A stretch of DNA of 64,000 bases, taken from NCBI GenBank assembly GCA_964016885.1, contig OZ024760.1, positions 19,344,001 to 19,408,000 of the forward strand, given 5' to 3'. This document shows positions 54,999 to 64,000 of this stretch, piece after piece. Position 1 is the first letter of the stretch. Every line of letters begins with the position of its first letter. A program made the position numbers and the translations under genes. Source of the DNA: Eledone cirrhosa (lineage: Eukaryota). Below the pieces are notes generated by a model. The model saw nothing but the letters and a program-made list of their open reading frames with translations. It was not told where the DNA came from and searched no databases.

Positions 54999-55316
54999 GT
55001 ATATGTATATAATACGTATGTATATATATATATGTATATAATACGTATGTATATATATATATGTATATAATACGTATGTATGTATATATATATATGTATA
55101 TATTACGTATGTATGTATATATATATGTATATATTACGTATGTATGTATGTATATATGTATATGTATATAATACGTATGTGTGTCTATATATATATATGT
55201 ATGTATATATATATATATTACGTATGTGTGTCTATATATATATATGTATGTATATATTACGTATGTGTGTCTATATACATGTATGTATATATGTATATAT
55301 ATGTATATATTACGTA

Positions 55317-55374
<58 letters not shown>

Positions 55375-55523
55375 CATACTGTTGCTGTTAATGATGATTC
55401 TAACGCCATTAAGCAGTTTCTTTTCCCAACAATCATTTATTTACGTAAGAAGCCGGACGTTTTCCTGGTAGCCCGGCTTAGATTAACAGGAAACAAATGC
55501 TATCAACATCTCTATCAACATTA

Positions 55524-55558
<35 letters not shown>

Positions 55559-55573
55559 CCCTTGGTATTCCTA

Positions 55574-55614
<41 letters not shown>

Positions 55615-55697
55615 CTGCTAGCGTAAACCTCTTCAAATGAAGTTGATGTTTATTACGGTATGTCGAATATATTTATCTATAAAACTGTTTATATTGT

Positions 55698-55761
55698 ATT
55701 TTGTCTGATGAAGGCATAGCATATTGTTAATATGATATCCCCGAAATATATACAATGAAAT
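55698..55761 (+). ncRNA. Hammerhead, family B, with a U16-to-C change at the cleavage site
   Basis: ATTTTGT CTGATGA ... GAAA TATATA CA ATGAAAT. Confidence 0.65.
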
Positions 55762-55800
55762 AGATATGGTTTTATAAATATAGTTTTCCATTTATTTAAT

Positions 55801-55849
<49 letters not shown>

Positions 55850-56154
55850 CCCTTGGTATTCCTATAACTATATATATATATATATATATATAGTAATAAT
55901 AATAATAGTAATAATAATAAAATTGAAGACTAAAATCCAAAGAGCGCTCGATAAGGAAAATATATATCAAATATATAAGAACCGTAGAGCAAATATTTAT
56001 TAAAATAAGAGATTAAAGTTTAAGCAAAGAATCGCTGCTTTCACCCTTAACGGGATCTTCTGAAACTAACAAGGTCAATCTGTAAACGCAGAACTGGATA
56101 TTTCAAAAAACCTTGCAACTTAGCTTAAACTTTAATCTGTTATTTTAATAATAA

Positions 56155-56216
<62 letters not shown>

Positions 56217-56341
56217 CCCTTGGTATTCCTATATCTATATATATATATAAGAATTAAAATACTAGAGTGTGTTGGAGTTAAACACACTCTTCATATTATA
56301 GAAATGACAGTATAAGATATAGCTCAATATAATTTTTTATA

Positions 56342-56384
<43 letters not shown>

Positions 56385-56574
56385 AACAAGTAAGACCCCG
56401 ACGGCTGAGCTCAAGCCGTTTCGACGGCTAATTCTGGACTCCAGAATTAGCCGTCGAAACGGCTTGAGCTCAGCCGTCGGGGTCTTACTTGTTCCTATTA
56501 CCCACTCTACTACCCTAAGTATTGAGTACTTTGGTGCGTTATGGTCCACCTCGTTCCTTACCACATTTCCTTCG

Positions 56575-56609
<35 letters not shown>

Positions 56610-56686
56610 TATATACATATATATTCACATACATATATATATATATACACACACATAATATATATACACAGACACTTATATATATT

Positions 56687-56742
<56 letters not shown>

Positions 56743-56825
56743 ATATGCACACATACGTACATATATTTTTATATACATACACATTCATATACATATATAC
56801 ATACACAGATACACATATATATATT

Positions 56826-56890
<65 letters not shown>

Positions 56891-56914
56891 GCATGTGTGT
56901 GTGTTTGTCCAGAA

Positions 56915-57235
56915 ACATGGAGGATAATCTACTGAGTAACGTTTTTACAAAAACCCATCGGAAGAATCTCATTTCGGCCGTTTGTAATTGCAAACATATT
57001 CTTTTGGTCATTACCCAAAATGAATAACCCTAGGTAAGGGATGGCTCGAATGCAGGATTAAAGATAACGAGTTTAGCTTTTACACCTTCATACCTTCTTC
57101 TGATTGCTGAATGCTGAAGCTGGCGCATTACTGCACAAGCCCCTGCAATTCTTGCACTTAATCCAGCCTCGTACCTTCCATCATTCGTGAACACGGTCCC
57201 GAGATACTTGAATGTCTCCACCTACTTCAGTGGAA
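56915..57235 (-). mobile_element. RTE-clade LINE fragment (RT C-terminal region)
   Basis: VETFKYLG...G....RI..A...KAKLVIF..AF.PSLT, frameshift, then MTKR...LQTAEMRFFR. Confidence 0.85.
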
Positions 57236-58575
57236 CTTCAGTCAGAGCTTACCTCCTTTAAAAATAAGCCTCTCACCCCGTTTTTGCTTCACCTCGCCAA
57301 ACTCCCGTCTACCTAATTTCGCTCAGTTTATTCAAAGCTATTTTAAATGAAACTTGCCAAAAATGCCAGGTTGGGAGATCAAACCCGGAAATTGATGATT
57401 GCAAAATGAACTTCTTGACCATTCGTCCATGCTGAGCCTATGTTTTACCATAAAGCATTAAGAATTTATTAAAAGCCCGTGATCTAATGAGGATAGGTTA
57501 TGTGTTTATCAAACGGAATTCATATAGAGAATATTTCCACTAGTAAACTGATTCATAAAACATATTTGTCTCTTCAATGTAGTCAAATTATATGATGTCT
57601 TAATAAAACAAAAGCACCTCCCAATGATATTTGGTATGCAACCCATCTCAGTTGACGTTTAACCCAAAATGAAAGCTTGTTTGAAATACAAGCGAACGTT
57701 GACATCGACACATAAAAAAGAAAACTGGATGCCTTACTTACATTAAACTCTCATTAACTCTTTCATCCGGTACATTATGATGCCAACTTCCAGTTGCCAT
57801 TTCCAAATTAATTTTGGAAGAACTACGAAGATGCTTTAATCAAACTACCATAATACATTAGATACACTGAGTGAAATGCTCTGAACGTACTCAGGAAGGT
57901 CGGCTTGTTTTATACTCGGTAACAAATTACTCTGCTACCTAAGAACACATACAGAGTCAGTCTCACTTGACTGGCTTCCACAGGGATTCCGCCTACCAAA
58001 ATTCACTTACGAAGCTCTGGTCGACCTAGACAATGAGCTACCCAATGAGATAAAGCCCGAAACCACATAACTCTCAAACGCAATTCTAACCGCACGGCCA
58101 TGCCAGTACCCGAATATTGATAGCCATCTACAAACATAAAATGAAAGAACGTTATATAGGGTTACCCCTTAGTTGTTATCACTCCCAGGTCTGCTCTGGC
58201 CCCGAGTAGTAGTACCTATTAGGGCCCTATTTATGGGTTAAATATTTACCTTATTCGAGTGGGGCCGGTAAGGTATCATCAGTCATTGAAAAGAGAAGAT
58301 ATATATATATATGCATGCTGTTTGCCATGACCATGGGTCATATCTAATTATAATACGCATGTGTATATATATATATATGTATATATATGTATATATATAT
58401 GTGTGTATATAATATGGAAAACGAAGAATCAGTGATGCATATATATCCAAGCAACCTTACTACAAATATATATATACACACACACACACTCACACATATA
58501 CAAACATGCGTGGGTGTGTGTGTATGTGTTTGTTTTTAAATATATAGTATATATATGTATGTGTTTGTTTTTAAA

Positions 58576-58607
<32 letters not shown>

Positions 58608-58924
58608 TAGATAGACACACACGCGCACACACGCACCCACACACACACGTACGTACGTACAATTCAATATTAGCTCAGTTTTCCAAAACTGCTAACGTTA
58701 ACTTGATGTAAACATTTCATCCAAATCAGGGTGAATTCTTTGTTTTTAACTACGCCATTTTAAACCTTACAACCGCAAACATTCTGCAGATATTTCCTGT
58801 TTAAAATAATTTGATACTCATTCTTACTTCATTGATTCCTCTTTTACAATTAAAAAATGTTTTTTTTCACTTTAATAAGCCTCAAACTTTGATTCCAGTG
58901 CTGGCTTTATTGTTTGCGTACTCT

Positions 58925-59265
58925 GACCATGCGCCTATAGGCTGCTTAATTTGATGAGAAGGATGGTGCTCTCCTCGGGTGCCCTAGAAACGCAGGGTGG
59001 TTCAGGATTGGTGGGGTACCTGAGTCACCCCTGGGTGGTTCAGGATTGGTGGGGTACCTGAGTCACCCCTCGGTGGTCCAGCCCTCCCTATTGGGAAATT
59101 TATTATGTTATATTTATGCAGTTTATTTTATATATTTTTATATCTTCATTGATAAATTAGTCTTGCCATTGTCCACTTTTACTCGAGCTTATTGTAAACC
59201 CGCGCTGTCCCTGTCTTTGTATTGTCCCCTACATGTCGGCCCTTGTGGCCAAGAAATGAAATCAC
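58925..59265 (+). mobile_element. Probable 3' UTR of a second L1/Tx1-like subfamily, with an internal 38-bp tandem duplication
   Basis: Shares CCTCCCTATTG, a T-rich tract, TGTAAAC, TTGTCCC and GCCC.GTGGC.AA with 19620-19885. Confidence 0.5.
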
Positions 59266-59477
59266 TATTATTATTATTAGGTTGAATTGGTAGAGAGTCG
59301 GAAAACTTGCGCTACTTGCAAACAGTTACGGTTCTTTATGATCTGAGTTCAAATTCCGTCGAGGTTAACTTTGCCTTTCATCCTTAATAGGTCGATAAAA
59401 TAAAGTACCAGTAATGCACTGGTATAATTGCTGGCCTTGTGCCAAAAAAGTAGAAACAATTATTATTACTATTATTA

Positions 59478-59516
<39 letters not shown>

Positions 59517-60499
59517 TTATTATTATGTACCCATAACGTGATTCTCAGGGAGATTCAGTGTGGTACAATGTGCCCTTTGAATTACAAATATTATCTGTCT
59601 TGTATTGTCGTATAAATTGATGAGAAGAATTCCACAGACAAGTGTACCCATAACGTAATTTACAGGGAGATTCAACCGGATTAATCCCTCAGCTATTGTT
59701 GGTCCTCATTTCCAGCTGAGTATCCTGGAACAGCAGGAAATAAGGTTTCTTGCTCAAAGTCCCAGCTTCCTCTAGCTCCAGAATTCGAGCTCACAAACTT
59801 CCGATAATCAGCTCTAACCTCTCAGCCACGTGCCTTAAAATATATGTAGGTTATATATTCTCCCGTGAGAAATCCCTAAATTTCCCTTACGAGAGATCCC
59901 ACAAGAAACCTTTGAAAAGAGACAGCTTGGGGTCGTTTTGTAAATGTATTAAGCACATATGCATATTATTACAAATGTGTATTAAGGGAGCTAATATATA
60001 TATTTAAATATGTTTATAAATAGCTGGGTATCGTTCTAAACCTATTTATAATGTACACGTGGGAATACAGTGTAAATATGTGTCTGCGCAAGTGTTTTCT
60101 ACCTAAGTATACACACGTACATATGTATGTACATACATACATTCATATATGTATATATATAGATATATATATATAGAGAGAGAGAGATATGTATAAATAT
60201 AGATATAGATATGTATAAATATAGATATAGATATGTATATATATATATAGATATAGATATGTATATATATATAAATGTAAACAGATATATATGTATATAT
60301 TATCTATATATGTATATGTGAGTATGTATATATATTTATATATGTATGTATATATGTAAAATAATATATGTGAGTGTGTGTGTGTATAAAGTTTGTAAAA
60401 ATAATTTTTCTCGTCTGCATATATTTGTAAACGTTAGCAGTACTGACCATTCTTTACCCCATTTCTGTACCATACATATATACATACATACATACATAC

Positions 60500-60553
<54 letters not shown>

Positions 60554-60813
60554 TATACATATATATACATATATATATAAGAAACCATTATTTTGAGAGG
60601 ATTATTTAGTCTAATCAGCCATTGCAATGATTGCTCCTATCTCCGTTCATTTAATTAAGAAATCATTAAGCTAATTACCAACCTATATATACATTTCCTT
60701 TTCCCTCTTCCTTCCTTTTTTCCAATCTTCTCTCCTTTAATATTTTTATCATATGTTGACTAGACACATTCTTGTTCACAAGTGTTTTTGTAGGCATCAT
60801 ATCATGTTACCTT

Positions 60814-60882
60814 ATTTTATCTGATGAGAACGCAACTATCGTCCCAGGATGATATTTGTTTTTGAAATGCGCATAATAAAAT
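60814..60882 (+). ncRNA. Hammerhead ribozyme, family A (element ~60750-61008)
   Basis: ATTTTAT CTGATGA GAACGCAACTATCGTCCCAGGATGATATTTGTTTTT GAAA TGCGCA TA ATAAAAT. Confidence 0.85.
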
Positions 60883-61004
60883 ATATGGAACTTTTTTAAC
60901 CATCTTTTAATTTCTTCTTATATATACTCCAGTTCAATAAACTGTTGAGTGCTACTTATCCGATATATGCATTGTTTTATTGTTCTACAACAAAACTCAC
61001 CTCC

Positions 61005-61056
<52 letters not shown>

Positions 61057-61204
61057 TAACAAATAATTCCTACGAAACCTCTCATACGTACTTACGTGTG
61101 TCTCAATCACCGAATTTTTAATTGAAAAGCAGCGTCATTATTTCTCCTTTTTTTGCAGACGACATATTTTGTGTACGTCATGTGTAACGTTATTTATTTT
61201 ATAT

Positions 61205-61260
<56 letters not shown>

Positions 61261-61747
61261 TATTTATTTATTTATTAAAATAACAGATTAAAGTTTAAGC
61301 AAAGAATAGGTGCTTTCACCCTTAACGGGATCTTCTGAAACTAAAAAAATCAATCTGTGAATGCAGAAGTAAATATTTCAAAAAACGTTAGAAGAAGGCA
61401 GACAGGAAGACGATACTTTGGTTCGTGGAAATGTTCCCTGGCAAAGAACGAAAAAAAACGAAGATAATACGTCTTTATTTGGATTTTAGTCTTCAAATGT
61501 ATTATTACTATATATATATATATATATATAAATGAAAATTATAGAAATTATTGTAGCAAGAAGCCAACAGTATTCCATAATATATATAATATATATCTAT
61601 ATATATATATATATGCAAAAGTTCTATTTAAATTGTTGGGATACAACAAGCAAATATTTTTATAACTGATATAAAGCACTCAACAAATTTTTGGAATAAA
61701 AATACAATATATTAACAAATGGAAACTATATTTATAAAACCATATTT

Positions 61748-61810
61748 ATTTCATTATACATATTTCAAGGACACCAAAGCAAATTATGGTGCGCTTTCAT
61801 CAGATAAAAT
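61748..61810 (-). ncRNA. Hammerhead ribozyme, family B (left arm of inverted pair ~61706-62012)
   Basis: Exact reverse complement of 61908-61970. Confidence 0.85.
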
Positions 61811-61907
61811 ATAATATAGATCAGTTTTATAAACAAATATTGACATACCCATGGTTGCATTCTTTAAGGGTACGTCAATATTTGTTTATAAAACTGATCT
61901 ATATTAC

Positions 61908-61970
61908 ATTTTATCTGATGAAAGCGCACCATAATTTGCTTTGGTGTCCTTGAAATATGTATAATGAAAT
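61908..61970 (+). ncRNA. Hammerhead ribozyme, family B (right arm)
   Basis: ATTTTAT CTGATGA AAGCGCACCATAATTTGCTTTGGTGTCCTT GAAA TATGTA TA ATGAAAT. Confidence 0.85.
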
Positions 61971-62011
61971 AAATATGGTTTTATAAATATAGTTTCCATT
62001 TGTTAATATAT

Positions 62012-62043
<32 letters not shown>

Positions 62044-62204
62044 ATATATAAAATGTCTTCTTATCTTGATATTACATACGGAATAATAGTAGCAGCGGTC
62101 ATCAAGGACGTTGGTTGATATGTATGTTTATACATAGTAATATGTCTGTTTATAAACATATATAGTGATATATATATATGCACATACACACACACCCGCA
62201 TATT

Positions 62205-62236
<32 letters not shown>

Positions 62237-62739
62237 GTGTGTGTGTCGAAAATATTAGCTAATGAGTGCATACAAATAATGTAATGTGGTGCAAATATAA
62301 AGCACGTGTGGTAATTGTTGTTGTAGTTGTTGTTGTCGTCACCTTTGTCGTCACTGTTGTTGTTGTTGTCGTCGTTGTCACTGATGTTGTTGTCGTCGTA
62401 CATCTGTCTGTTCTAATGGCGAGAGTTTCATTCCTATCCATTTAAGTATAGTAGACTATATTTTACGTCCGAATTGGCATTGAGTTGGTAAATAACATCG
62501 TTACAGTGTGACAAAATAACTTACGGTGTTTCTGTCCGCCCTTGATGCTCTAATTTCAAATCCGACCGAGGTTATTCTGCACTTACTCTCGGGTCCCACA
62601 TAATAGGGGGAAGTGGAATAAGTGAGGCTGTGATGGGGGTGGAATCGATAATTTTTCTGGGTTGCTGATTTTTTTATTTTTTTAAACCAAAATTAATGAT
62701 TTAGTTTATATATCCAGACACCAATCCACCCTAGCTCGT

Positions 62740-63120
62740 TTTTTGTGTCCCTAGAACTTCGCAATATTGCTAATAATGTATATTTTATAGAGTTCATTTT
62801 TGTGTGGTTTGTCACTAAACCTTTACAATATTGCTGATAATGTATATTTGATAGAGTTCATTTTTGTTGTGGCGTTTTGTCAGTAAACCTTCATATTATT
62901 CCTGATAATATATATCTTATAAAGTTCGTTTTTTGTGTGATTTTGTCAGTAAACCTTCACAATATTACTGATAATGTATATTTTATTAAGTTCGTTTTTG
63001 TCAGTAAACCTTCATATTATTGTTTTATAATGAATATCTTATAGAATTCATCTTTGTGTGATTTTGTGACTAAACCTTCGTATTAATGTTGATAATGAAT
63101 TTCTTATAGAGTTCAATTTT
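62740..63120. repeat. Degenerate minisatellite of ~6 x 55-68 bp
   Basis: Recurring TAAACCTTC..TATT..TGATAATG.ATAT.TTATAGAGTTCATTTTTG. Confidence 0.85.
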
Positions 63121-63844
63121 TTTTTCTATTATGGAGGGAAAGTTTTCCTTACAGCAAGCATTATTACTAATAATGGTTTCTTTAATAATAAAGAACTCAT
63201 TAGTCACAAAGGAAGTATTAATAATATAGAATGGTCATTGTTATAGAAGGGTGGTAGAAAAACAGATTAGGTCGGTTTATTTCTTCCTTCTACAAACATG
63301 TCGACGACAGGACATTTTTAGCAACTTAATCATTTCATTGAAATATTTCTTAATAGAGCTTCTGTTAAGTTAAGAAGTATTATTGACCCAGACAGGAAAA
63401 TATGTATGAGTTTACTTAGTTTATTTTGTACGAACGGACATCATGTTTAGAGTAAGAATAGTGTTTAAACTATGTCCGTCTAAATTTGTTTGATGTATCT
63501 GACATTCGTGGCGGTAAGTTATTTTAGAATATGGAAATGCCATGGCAAACTGCTGCCTCGGGCTTCAGTCATGCTGAACGGAAACTTGTGCAAGTGCTTT
63601 CTAGTAAGGGCTTAGTTTCACCAATGCCTTATTAAAGGAATTAGTGGGCGGAAACTGCAGAAGCCCGTCAAATATACATACATGTATGTGTGGCAATATG
63701 CGTAGGTGTGTAAAGGAAAAAGACAAACAGTGCTCAACCGGGAAGAGAGTTGAAATATTATATTATTTAGTTATGTTCATATACATACATACATTTAATG
63801 TGGGAATTCGGTGGTAGAAAGGATTGGGGGTGTTGTCACAGACT

Positions 63845-64000
63845 GAGACAGCGCACACATCAGTAGGAAGACCGAGGTTGACATACTTTGATGCCCTAAG
63901 GACAGACATTGGTCTCTTGGAGACGCAGGAAATGACAGCGATGATGAGGGACAGAGACCGCTGGAGAGAACTGGTCCATGGATCTCGGGTAATTTACCCG
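63845..64000 (+). mobile_element. RTE-like LINE ORF C-terminus, running off the window end
   Basis: Manual translation from 63863: VGRPRLTYFDALRTDIGLLETQEMTAMMRDRDRWRELVHG. Confidence 0.75.

Overview
AT-rich, microsatellite-dense eukaryotic non-coding DNA, intergenic or intronic. The tRNA-derived SINEs and abundant (TA)n suggest a mollusc, probably an octopus-type cephalopod; that assignment is inference. I find no convincing host protein-coding gene, and almost all ORFs in the track are (TA)n/(CA)n/(GA)n artefacts. The window holds many copies of two SINE families, SINE-derived tandem arrays, decayed LINE fragments (Tx1/L1-like, RTE-like, Ingi/Vingi-like), a few MITEs and several minisatellites. 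The most notable signal is in the short islands between (TA)n tracts, which belong to many distinct families that each carry a minimal type-I hammerhead ribozyme (helix I-CUGANGA-helix II-GAAA-short, mostly palindromic helix III-UH-helix I). By eye there are about 16 with canonical cores, about 7 with variant cores, and further 3' halves. Copies show compensatory base changes, several families share a downstream TYGAGYRC motif, and many copies form fold-back inversions whose apex lies inside the ribozyme. One element sits downstream of a Penelope-type ORF remnant. I interpret these as termini or non-autonomous derivatives of Penelope-like retroelements (PLEs) that insert into (TA)n. All structures were paired by hand, and no search was run.
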